A stretch of 63,279 nucleotides of DNA, the filler included, from Dugesia japonica (lineage: Eukaryota): assembly GCA_001938525.1 (NCBI GenBank). It is 5 parts of 5 records of this genome, joined end to end, with 100 filler letters (N's around TTAATTAATTAA, not from the genome) between each part and the next. Parts side by side here need not be neighbours in the genome. Positions count along the whole stretch, not along the records: positions 31,853 to 40,500 come from MQRL01648135.1; positions 40,601 to 63,279 come from MQRL01642011.1; 3 more parts are not named here. One strand, written 5' to 3'. Both the position numbers and the translations under genes were made by a program. The notes beneath the pieces were generated by a model. It was given only the letters and a program-made list of their open reading frames with translations, had not been told where the DNA came from and did no database searches. Shown in pieces: positions 39,340 to 51,100 of the stretch; position 1 is the first letter of the stretch; every line of letters begins with the position of its first letter.

Positions 39340-40300
39340 CTGGAAGCAGAAGGTCAATTTCCACCATGCCATATGTTTTTTATTATCTCGCGAAGCATGA
39401 TATTAATGCATTTAAGACTTTCCTTAGTCAACATTGTAACTTCATTGATAATGATAAATTTCACATCACAGAAAACTAAAGCATCATTTGATTCCAAACT
39501 CATCGACGAAAAGGAAGAAGTAATGTTTTTTGAAACTACTATTAGCTGTTTTTCCTCCCATCAAAAATATCGCTGCAATGCTAGTTGCATATGGAAATGA
39601 AATTTAATCATGACCTCTTACGAATGACAAAAGCGTTATATACAGGAAAGTCTTCTCTGATTCATCTGAACCGTCGAGCTAATTGATCGTCAAATCCGAG
39701 AGCATGCCGATCGTGTCGAAAGCTGGTCTCTCTTGTCGTTCTGCCTATTTTTGTTGATTTGTGCAATATATGCCTACTGTAAAATTTTGTAAGGCGTGTT
39801 TTTGACGTGGACATTTTAAGAGTACTTTTTATAGCGAGCTATGTATGATTTGACGTCTCATTTATCACGAAAAGTCGAAGGCAAAGTGATCTTTAAACTG
39901 CTCTCACAGATCGATAGAACTTGCAGGGTGATCGAAGCGCTCACTAAACGGCAGTTAAGGCGATTGGTGATTTCATCGTATTTAATCTGCTGTTATTCGT
40001 CTGAACTAACTGCAATATTTGCACAGTAATCGCTTTTAAAAATTTACTTGCAAATGTACTTGCTTGCTGACAAATGCGCACTCATCGACGTTGATGAGCG
40101 TTCTTCCTTAGAAAGAGATAAGAGCTGTATATTTGTCAATCCAAACACCTCAGAATAAAGCTCGTCACTTCATTGAAAACTTTCGAGAATTTTTTTCGGA
40201 AACACTATTCTTTATGCATGAATAGTGAGTATAATTAGAATTATATGGTCCGAAGGTCTCATTTTTTAAATTATCTGTTTTCATAAAATTTTGGTTCTTT
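39340..40300 (-). mobile_element. Helitron Rep/Pif1-helicase remnant
   Basis: YTALISF..NA.INV...ASKYICK, KYDEI..RLNCRLVSA, EQFKDHFAFDF, DGS..SEKTFLY (Walker A relic), TSIAA, VKFIIINEVTML...CINIMLREI (DE motif). Confidence 0.75.
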
Positions 40301-40349
40301 CATAAATAAGATAAGGCTTCGATCAAAACAAAACAAAATTTATTTGTAA

Positions 40350-40500
40350 AAAAAAGTTCAAATTTTCGACAATAGTCTTCTTCAGGAACATATTGGCTTC
40401 TTGAGATATTCAATGCAATATTCAAACAATAGATCTTTGTTACTAACAAAGATCTATTGCATTGAATATCTCAAGAAGCCAACATGTTCCTGAAGAAGAC
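40350..40500. repeat. Near-perfect hairpin with a hammerhead-like core (Penelope pLTR-like inverted junction)
   Basis: 40375-40500 folds back on itself with one mismatch and an 11-nt bulge. Minus strand reads GTTC-CTGAAGA-A-GAC-TATT-GTC-GAAA-ATTT-GAAC. Confidence 0.65.
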
Positions 40501-40600
40501 NNNNNNNNNNNNNNNNNNNNNNNNNNNNNNNNNNNNNNNNNNNNTTAATTAATTAANNNNNNNNNNNNNNNNNNNNNNNNNNNNNNNNNNNNNNNNNNNN
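40501..40600. other. Artificial scaffold spacer
   Basis: 44N + TTAATTAATTAA + 44N. Confidence 0.95.
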
Positions 40601-41689
40601 CAAACATTAAATTATGAAAGAAAATAATATTTTAGGAAATTTTGTAATTAACATCATGTACAGTTCAAATATATAAATAAAAAAAAACACATTTTTAAAG
40701 GGAATAATCAGAGGCGACCACCGAGCTCCCGAAGATAACTAATTTTCGTAGCATTTTTTTTTATTATTTCGTCATTGCTTCTTTGAGGTTCACGATTCAC
40801 ATGTCGACAAATTTTTTGCCACAGCCACTTTTTGTTATTTCAGACTTTCACTCAAAGGTTATTTTGAAAGTACACATGAACTTCTCACGGATGAATTTCT
40901 CATAGGTTCATCTAATTGCGTGAATTGTCTATCGCCATTTTTTACATTCGTATTAAATCTCATCATCTATATATTTTCTCCTGTACCATTTCGACATTAT
41001 ATAGAAAGTTTCTCATAAAAAGTTGGTTGCGGTTTGATTGCACTTCAATAATCGTATATTGCTTCTGTTTTTGTCTCGANNNNNNNNNNNNNNNNNNNNN
41101 NNNNNNNNNNNNNNNNNNNNNNNNNNNNNNNNNNNNNNNNNNNNNNNNNNNNNNNNNNNNNNNNNNNNNNNNNNNNNNNNNNNNNNNNNNNNNNNNNNNN
41201 NNNNNNNNNNNNNNNNNNNNNNNNNNNNNNNNNNNNNNNNNNNNNNNNNNNNNNNNNNNNNNNNNNNNNNNNNNNNNNNNNATGATTCTCGTAATCAATT
41301 TTCGTCAAATCTTTCATAAATAATTTTCATCATGTTCTTCATCAACAAATTTCATAACGTTTTCTATCCAGAATTGTCATCAAGTTTTCTATAAATACTT
41401 TTAATCATGTTTTACTCTCATAAATAATTTTCCATAAATAATCTTCATCAGATTTTCCTTTTATAACTAATTTTCATCATGATTTTCTTTGAGAGCTCGA
41501 TCATTGGTTTCTTTGGGGGTCATACTCAGATCATATAAAGTTAGGATGTTAACAATTAATAATTTCTAATATAATTTACTTTTTCCGATTATTGCTTCCT
41601 CCGTTTGTAAAATCAGGAACTCTATTTGGTTATCCGAAAACAGGTTTTTAATAAAACAGTGCTGAATAAAATAAGTCAAACAAAAATTT

Positions 41690-42397
41690 TTTTTTTAAAA
41701 TTTAATAGTAAGTCCCTAATTTCTTCGTGCAAACGAGTTTTATTCCTCTTTTGCACCCCATCCTGAATCTAGCCATTTGTTCTCCAATCCGCTTCAATTT
41801 TTTGTAAATTCGGCTGTCTGATTGGATGCCGCCGACTTCTACTTATGTGTGCACTCTGTCTTTTCGGTTTGGCGAGAGATTTCACGCACCACAACTCGGG
41901 TCTTCGAAATTATTCAGCAGGTCACCTCATATGACCTGTTTTCATTACTAAGTCCTTGTCTAGCACGAGATGATTCAACGATTTTTGTTGATTATTCTCG
42001 GTTTATTTTTCATCAGCTAGACAAGGACTGATGACTGGATCAATTAATTAATAATAAATGGATAATATCCATCATTATAATAAATACAACAGGTCGTAGA
42101 GACCTTTTTAATATAATATTATACTATCGAATTTTATTTTTATTATTAACTTCCTCTTTTCCTTTCCTCTCATACCATTTTTCGATTTTGTGACATACAA
42201 TTTGGGTCTTGCACGCCCAATTTTTATTTCCCGTTATTTTGCGATATTCCCATAATAATTATAATAATAATAATAATTTTCTCGACAACATTTTCTGGTC
42301 CAGTTCATCAGTTTTGTGTCTACTCTTCATTATTTTGCAAACTTTCACTAATCTTTACTCCTTTATTACTCCGAAAATTTTGTGTTCTAGCTCAACA
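41690..42397 (-). repeat. Diverged LTR-like dispersed repeat, copy A
   Basis: Colinear similarity with 46670-47395 (GACAAGG..GATGACTGGA, GGTC..AGAGACC, GTCACCTCAT, TTTTATTCCTC). Minus-strand start TGTTGAGCTAGAACAC. Confidence 0.55.
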
Positions 42398-42404
42398 AAT
42401 ATTT

Positions 42405-42625
42405 TAAAAAATCGATAATATATTTCATACTATAAATATTTCAAAAAAATCGTTAATATATTTCCTACTATAAATATTTCAAAAATATCGGTAATATATT
42501 TCCTACTATAAATATTTCAAAAAAATATTCTTAAAATAATTTGAAAAATATTCTAATTTAAAATAATTTTTTTTATTTAAAAAAATCGGTAATATATTTC
42601 CTATTATAAATATTTCAAAGAAATA
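42405..42625. repeat. 38-bp tandem repeat (about 3 copies plus a displaced copy)
   Basis: ATCG(A/T/G)TAATATATTTC(A/C)TACTATAAATATTTCAAAAAA at 42411, 42449, 42487 and about 42585. Confidence 0.85.
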
Positions 42626-43457
42626 TTCTTACTATAAGTTGACAAATATTTATATTCAAAATAATTTTATGCATAATAAAATATAACAATTATTTAAATT
42701 AAATTACAAATCAAAAAAACTTTCGAAAAAATGTCTTCTATTTCCAAATTCTCCAATACAATTTTTTACTATAAAATGTTCTAAAAAAATTTTAAAAAAT
42801 ATTTCAAAAAATAATTTTAATATAATACAATATATAATATATACCAAATTATTTAAATTAAATTAAAAATTTTCCTCAAATATGAATCATCTATTAATTA
42901 TTCTTACAATCCTAATTGTTATGTACTTTTATTTATTTATTTTTGATTATTTAATGTACATGCAACATTATTATTATTATTAAGATTTTTAAAAAAATTA
43001 AATATAAAAAAAAGAAATCAATAATTAAGATTGACCAGATTAATAAATTAGATTCGAAATATAGAAAATAAAAAAACATTCCTGGCAACCGCCTAATAAA
43101 ATAAAAAAACAACAATTGGAACGTAAACTTTCCCGACGCTCATCTAGGAGACGATGTCGGGTTCAACAGAATTCCTAAAAAGTTAAAATAAAATAATAAC
43201 AAAAAAATATATAAATTACCAAAATACAAAAACTAAATTAAGAAAAAGAAAACTGCCTTATTGGATTAAAATTTCCATAATACTAATTATGATTTGTAAT
43301 ACATAAGACACATTCTTAATGAATTAATTATGTTAGAAAATTATTTTTAAAATGTGACGATGAACAGACAAATTTACAAACCAAATTAAATCGTAAAACC
43401 CTGGTTTATTTTGGTGTGTATAAAGAAAAAATTAGGAGTAATTTTAACCAATAGGAA

Positions 43458-43787
43458 TTAAAATAAATTATTTCTTTTTACGTCTGTATAATTAAAGTTT
43501 ATTAACTTTTGAAAATCTTTGATAACATTTTTCTCTTTCTCAAATGCCAAACGTAAACAACCATGAAACGCTTCAACCTTTTTCAACGTCTTCGCATATT
43601 CTTCTAACAAATTTTCATTTAACAAACAAATAACTAATCTCTCTTTTTGTTTCCTTTGGTTAATGTTTTTAGCATTAAAATACAATTCTAAACGCTTTAT
43701 GAATTCTTCAAAATCATCTCCTCTGCAGAACGCATTCGGTAATAACCTATATGTAATTGAATAATCGATATTTACCGCTGTCACCAT
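43458..43787 (-). mobile_element. Gypsy-like PBS plus gag 5' remnant
   Basis: ...CCTAACA|TGGTGACAGCGG. ORF MVTAVNIDYSITYRLLPNAFCRGDDFEEFIKRLELYF..., homologous to 22770-23090. Confidence 0.75.
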
Positions 43788-44599
43788 GTTAGGTACATTT
43801 TCTAAAGATAATTGATTTCCCAATCACAAAATTTAATTTCACACATTTATATTTTCAATTTAACTATAAATTTATTTAATAAAACAAGGTGAAATAGAAA
43901 CTAATAATTAATAAAAATAATTTGTCTGATTGATCTTCTCTTATTTGGGTCAGATTTTTTACCATGATAGCAACCCTTTTCTAGAACTAAAATATTTATT
44001 TGCATTTATTACCTTGGTACGTAAAAATCTTTCAAAAAAAATAGATTTCTAACTAGTAAATTGAGAAGTTTGAAAATGAAAACTCTCGCATCAGAGAGTT
44101 AACAAAAAAAATTTTTTTGCACAAGAAATAAGTTACATGTGTGTAAACGACCAACTTTAAAAAGATTTATGGAGTCAATTTGACTCAAATCCGTCAAAAT
44201 AGGTATATGTACATATGGATTTTTGGAACTTAGGGGTGGAGTGCGGAAGGAATTACTATTTGTATACATTTTATAATTCTGTTGGGTTTTTAGGATTTTG
44301 ATGTTTCTCATTGAAATTTTTACACTTTTCGAAATCGTTTTTTTTATTAATAAAAAAATTCTGATCTGTCATCTAGGGGCACACTTAAAAGCCACAAATA
44401 TTTGTGTCACCTCTGTGACATGCCCCTCTTTTCCACAGGTTCAGTGCGACTATGCAGTATCGCGTCTTAACTCTCTTTCATGAACTCAAACTGTAATTCC
44501 TCTCAGTTGATCAGTATTTACTCGCTATATCTTTGAATAATAAAATTATACATAACCATTATAGCGCTAGGCAAAATTATCATGACATCAAGAACTATT

Positions 44600-45748
44600 T
44601 ATTCATTCACATTATCCCACATCCAGGTCTATCCTAGAATTATTCTCTTTTGGTTCCTCCAGAGGGTTCCGGTACAACAGCTATAACGATCTCAGATTAT
44701 TAAACACCGTCGCCTCGCGATTGGCATAGATCTTTATGATGTCAGCCATTAATCGGTTGGCCTGTTGTAGAGCCAACTCCTTTTCTTTAAGCTGTTGAAA
44801 CTTTGTTGTATGTTTGGTGGCTTGACTCTTCAACTGCATTACTTCATTTCGCAGTTCTCGTCGTTCCTCCTTCTACTTCTTCTGCATATTCATTACTTCG
44901 TTCATGGTGATTTTACTATCCACTGTTTTATCCACTAAATCATTATGAAACTTTTTAATTCTTTTAAAACTGCAAACGAACTAAATATACTGACAAAACA
45001 ATATTATAATTAATCATTTAATCACCCTAATTTATAATAGGGAAATGAGCAATGTAGGAGCACTCCAATTCAACAATTCACCTCTTTATCTTTTTCCGAT
45101 CCATCCATCACTACTATTACTCATTTCGCTTTACCGAAATTTCCCAGTTATCTACTTGTATGTCGAAACAATAATACTGAATGAAAATTAAAAAACAACG
45201 ATGTCATGACTCTACTGCCTCTGCAGCATTTTACTTTAAATTGTAACTTACATATCACGCTCTTTAACATAAATAAACTCATTAACATTGAATGAAAAAT
45301 GTTTAAATTCAAGAATTACACTGTAATAATTTTATTTATGGAAACATTTAATCAGAAACAGGACCGCTCAGGCCCATCAAATCCCGAATTATCCCTTGTT
45401 CCTCTGTTTCGTCCTCCATCTCAGCAGCATTGGCAAGGGAGCAAGTGTTAACAATTTTTGGTGACTTACGTAGAGCTCCTCTTTGAGCAGCTTTATTTGA
45501 GCTATCAGGGACTCTCGTGCCCTTTCTATCTGACATTCTAACGCTCTGATTTTCGTATTCTTCACTGCCAGCTGCAACCAAACAATCTCATTTTCCGCCT
45601 CTAAGCTCTGGATTTCATGGCGTTGAATTTCTGTCTCCTTCCTTATCATCGTCTTCACTTCATCCCACTCAATATAATACCGCCCCGCCTCATCATTGTA
45701 GGGCCAAACATAACGAGGTCTTTTGAGTGATCGTTTGTTTCTCATCAT
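44600..45748 (-). pseudogene. Two tandem degraded coiled-coil ORFs (unassigned family)
   Basis: 45389-45748 is a heptad-rich ORF. About 44910-44600 reads LKEKELALQQANRLMADIIKIYANREATVFNNLRSL, homologous to 24639-24911. Confidence 0.5.
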
Positions 45749-46669
45749 CTAATAAATGCCACATAAATAATAGTTATAAATAAAAATACGCATAAGCTCG
45801 AAATAAGCATCTTTCCTCGTTCCCGTCATCGTCAAGCTCTGAAGAATTTACTTAACCACTACCACAGCCAAACGTAAAATAATTTAATAGGAAAAATTTT
45901 ACGCCAAAATATTATAAGTCTAACTCTAGATTTTTTATGCACGAAAACGAAGCATATAACATTATTGCATTCATATTATTCTATAGATCACATTACAAAA
46001 AAAAATTTTTTACTATTAAAACTCGAGTAAGATTCATTATTAATGTTTTCTCTTTTTAAGATTTGTTATGATAATAATTGTATTTTATTGTTATAATTGT
46101 ATTGTTATCAATTACTACTTTACAAAATGGTATAAGATTATAATCATCATTATGCAATTATAATAGTAAACGTAACATAATAAAGACTTAAATAAAATAA
46201 AATAATTTTATTAGAAATTATTAAATTAACAACAAAAATAAACTGAGATACATATACGGAAAACGCTCCGTCAACTTCTCATAACCCAATCGAAAAACCA
46301 GTAAGCAAAATCTTTAATAATACCTAATATAATGGTACACTCGATTGTACACTCTCAATTTGTAATCATTCTTCAGCTGAAACTCATTTATCTTATATCC
46401 AAGGCCAGCATTGATTTCGTTGGAGTTCATAACATCTGCATATCATTTAGTGATTGTGGTTCCTCGGGAGCTCGATCTATCATGAAAGGATCAACGTTGG
46501 GAATGACACTCGTATACATATTTTAAACGTAAGATAAAAGTTCTTAATGAATAATAAAATTACTTTTAATTATCCCAGAAATCAGTTTTCCAATAAACGA
46601 AATTATAATCGACAATATTTATCGCTTAGACAAGATATCAAAAATTAATTCAAAATTATGCTGTAATAT

Positions 46670-47395
46670 GCCCAAATAAAATTTTAAAATTAATTTCAAA
46701 TTATGCCGTTCTTTCTTCTCGTCATCTGGTTTTATTCCTCGTTGCAATCGAACAAATTTTGGCCCTCGATTAGCCTGCCAATGATATGATGAGTTTCTCT
46801 CTCCGGATTCTCCGATTGGCTTCTCCTGTTCAGAATTCGGTGTGCGTATCTCAGTGTTTTGCACACGAACTCGGAATTTTCTGATTTTCTTGAACTTTCG
46901 ACCGTCACCTCATGTGTACTCTGATTAATCCGTCGGTTTCCATGCAAATTCCTTGTCTGACTCCCGGCGAATAATCAATTTTCGTTGTTTATTTGTGACT
47001 GTTATCATCAGATTCAGACAAGGCAAGATGACTGGACCAAAATTAATTAACTTTTCAATAATATTAAACGCTAATTAGCGTTTTTCTAATAAATAAAACG
47101 GGTCACAGAGACCCCTTTAACATGTTATTATACTATTGTATATTATTTAATTCGTCATTCTCTTTTATCTCATATAATTTTCATTCCTAGGTGACGAAAC
47201 TTGTATTCGATTTCGATATTTTCATAAATAATTTCATAATGATTATAATAATAATGATTATATAATAATAATAATAATTTTATACATGATAATCAATTTT
47301 CTGATCCAGAACATCTACTTTCCGTATTTTACTCATTTATTTTCAACACTTTTTGATGTCACATTTTTTATTTCTTGATGTGTTCCACACCAACA
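46670..47395 (-). repeat. Diverged LTR-like dispersed repeat, copy B
   Basis: Colinear with copy A. Minus-strand start TGTTGGTGTGGAACAC. Confidence 0.55.
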
Positions 47396-48128
47396 ATTCT
47401 ATTAAAAACCAACATGTTTGAAAAAAAATTATTCGACTTATTATATTTTTTTATATCAATTGGAAGTTTTCGTTCAAAGATTCGATAAACAAGTATGTCT
47501 TAAGTAGTTTAGCCTTTCATTTTCAGATGTTTGTGATTTTGGACTACATTCTGACAAAAATCAAAAACTCGGAAAATTTGTGAGTTTTTTCTTCCACTTT
47601 GAACTGATTGTGATAATTGATTTTCAGATGATGTTTTAACTAGAAAATTGATAAAGTTATTTTATTTTATAAATTTTTCATTTTCAGGATTTTATTTACT
47701 GGGTATCCCATGCTGTGCCTAGTATATCATAAATAAATAAATATAAAAATTTTTATAATGACAAATCAAAATAAATCAATAGTAACATTGTTGATAATAA
47801 TAATTATGCCGAACATAATAATAATTCTATAAATTATTAAAAAAATAATAATTTTAAATAATAATTCTAATTATTTCTAACATTTCATAATATTAACTCT
47901 TTATTTTTAGTTTTTACTTTTCTTGTAATTCTTTATTTTAATTAATATTTATTTTGTTCTCTTTTGCTCCAATTTACAGAATCTTTAGTTTTACTTTATC
48001 GAGAAATCTGTCTAATTTTCAACATGACTTTGATTAAAATGTAATCATGTTTTTATTCATTCCTCTATTTGAATAAACTTAGATGTGCATATTTTAATTT
48101 TGATGGATTTTTAAGAAACAGTTTAATG

Positions 48129-48722
48129 CAATGGTTTCTAAACTGTGCGCCGCGAGAATTTTCCGATATTAAACTATAAAAGTAGCAAATCCAAAGGACG
48201 AATACAAATCCATTTGACAATATGTTGTGACACCAAATGATAAACTATATAATTTTTCAAAAAGTTCAAGAATAATGGCAATCTTTTCATAAATAACTGA
48301 ACACGCCATTTATCACAGCATGTTTCGACGGTATATCTGTCATCGTCAGACAAACGGTTTAAAACTAAGAATAGAGTATATATACTTACGTTCCGCATTA
48401 TGCAATCGATAATATTATAGTCTCAATAAAATTCCAATTAATTAAAGACATTCAATATTGACACCAGTTTGAACATAAATTTTTGATCTGAATTTTTTTG
48501 CCATAAGATGACAGATATACTGTCGAAACTTGTAATAAATAAATGTTTTATTAAATGGGGTGTTAAGTTATTTATATAATTTTTGTATAATATAGCAGTA
48601 AAAATAAGACATGATTAATCCATAAATTAAAAGCTTATAGTAGGCTAATATTTTGATTTGAGGGCTGTGAAAAACTTTAGATATACACTATGCACCGCAA
48701 ATCAAGAGTTTAGGGAGCATTG
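48129..48722. mobile_element. Buster-type non-autonomous hAT element
   Basis: TIR CAATGGTTTCTAAACT versus reverse-complemented end CAATGCTCCCTAAACT. 8-bp TSD GTTTAATG / GTTTAATT with central TA. Confidence 0.75.
48289..48575. mobile_element. Inverted Penelope-like pLTR pair with degenerate hammerhead motifs, nested in the hAT element
   Basis: Minus strand CTGACGA-T-GACAG-ATATA-CCGTC-GAAACATG. Plus strand cataaga-T-GACAG-ATATA-CTGTC-GAAACTTGT. The arms align out to ...AGTTATTTAT. Confidence 0.65.
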
Positions 48723-50332
48723 GTTTAATTCATTTAAACTTATTTATCTATAAAATTAGAAGATCTTAGATATAATGACATTATAGAAAACAGTTCTCAT
48801 TTTATCTCTTTCTACGTCCTCAATAAACATGACTGGGGTCGATAAATTTGTGATTCTTCCAAATCAATTGTTATTATGTAAATACTGATAAATACGATTT
48901 CATAATACAATCAATTAATGAAGAATATTTGAAACAATATTTAATATCACTATTCACATCCTAAAAATTACTATTATGCGAAGATAACTTTTAATTTTCC
49001 TATCCTTCATCGAAAGTTTGCTCTATAATGCTAGCGAAGATCTGCATTNGGAATTTTCATAAACTCTCAATTACGAGCTGTTTCCGCATCCTGACAAGAC
49101 AATTTAATCTGCTATTGTATTATCATTTTGGTACTGGCCTGTTTATTTTCACTCTTTCAATTGCACTTTTAAGGCTTAAATGCGCTTAGAGGTATGGTAG
49201 TCTCGTCATCTCTGCAATTCTTTACCTTTAACTGTTGTTGTTGACTCTGATCCGAAAGGGTTAAACACTTAACAATATTGACCCATAATACGTCTAATTG
49301 CAGCAGACTACTGATATTAACATATGATAATTAAATAACTTATGTAATCTAAATTTGATTACTGGTCAGCTGATTAGACAGATCTTGTTAAAAATGAAAG
49401 TACCAAATGTTAAATTAAACTTTTTTTAAAATAAATCATAGCAAATCAAATCGGATAAATCTATTTCCACTTGGGGTTAATTTCGGTAACTCTTGTAAAT
49501 TTGTTTAGTATTTCTGTCATTGGATCAAATACTGGTTCTACTATTTAAATAATTACCGGATTACCTGTACTATCGTTGAATACACTTATATCGGTAATCA
49601 TTAAGTTCAATTTTAGATCGTAAATCTTTTCCAATTAACTTTGTCGATACATATAAATTATAATTTGTTTTTGTGTATTGTTAGGAAAGTCATTCTTTTC
49701 ATATTTTTCACCAAAATTTATCCTGATAAAAAAAATTATAACTGCAACAATACAAGATAACGAAAAAGATTTAAATAAAGATTTTACCAATTTACTTTAA
49801 TTATTTAATTAATAATTTGATTACTCAAATTACAATACAAAAACAATAACTTTTTTATAAAAAATATAAGCAATAATTTTAATCAAATAAAAACTTACAG
49901 ACCTTTACGATTCTTTGAAAACGTACACAATAAAAATTTATAATCAGTAATTTCAACTATTTAAAGGTTTTTCTAAAACCTACTACCAATATTATTAAAA
50001 CAAAATTCATTTAAAAACTTACATCTAGCATTACAAATTGAAAATATCTAAATTGTTCAAAAACGCTACCATCTAAAAATTGTCTGAGTTAAATTATTCC
50101 TCGTCTAAAAATTAAATTTTAATGCTACAATTACAAATAATAAGCCATTAAAATAATAATTTAAATCATTTAATTAGTATTAATGTAATGCGGATTTTGT
50201 TATGTATGTTACACTCTGCAGCTTAATGACTTGCCATCACAAGTCCATGATTAATACTCGCACAACGGTCTAGCTTATTATTNNNNNNNNNNNNNNNNNN
50301 NNNNNNNNNNNNNNNNNNNNNNNNNNNNNNNN

Positions 50333-50398
<66 letters not shown>
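50333..50398. repeat. (ATT)n microsatellite
   Basis: 22 perfect ATT units, extending into the N gap. Confidence 0.98.
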
Positions 50399-50399
<1 letters not shown>

Positions 50400-50919
50400 C
50401 ATAATATAAAATTTAGCACTAAATTAAGTTTCTACCTATCTTATGACATTACAAATCAGTTCTCAAAATATAGATAAGAACCTTGCAGAGTACGAAATAA
50501 TTTTCAAAATTGGAAGCAGTTAAAGTAATCAGTGTATGTAATATTTGAATACATCCATTTGAACATTAGCCTAATTAAAAATCGCTGAATTGTGTTTTGA
50601 ATGATAGAGATATTATGATTTTTGGAGAATTTGATATAGTTTAGTAAGACTACATTTAAACTATAGATAATATTATTGAACAACTAATTGAGCAAAGATG
50701 TAATGAATAATTAGGTATTCAAGTGTCTCCTATATTAATGTTGAGTTTTGAAATAAGTTTTTCTTTTTGAAAAATTCTTCGTTTTGAAATATACCATCAC
50801 AATACAGTTACTACGTCACTTGCTCTTATCTGTCCTAACCGCATAGCTTTGGAAGGTCTCGTCCATTGTGATCATATTCGTGGCTTCCATCGGTGATTGC
50901 ACCCCTTTATTGGTATAAC

Positions 50920-51100
50920 TTTCATAGTGTGGACACTAGCAACTAAGCTGGCCTCACGTTTGGTGTAGGACTTAACTACGTACACCAGTATCATACACTT
51001 CCTTCGCAGATTTAACTCTTTCCCGAAAGGCCTGTTATTCATACAATTGATTGTTCTGTTGGCGTAGAGACGTTGCCTTCTTGTCTAACCGAGCTGATCT
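50920..51100 (-). pseudogene. Third degraded copy of the coiled-coil ORF family
   Basis: KELNLRRKCMILVYVVKSYTKREASLVASVHTMK. Confidence 0.4.

Noticed and set aside
39196-39600. 134-aa plus-strand ORF
   Set aside because: Antisense shadow of the Helitron Pif1 relic.
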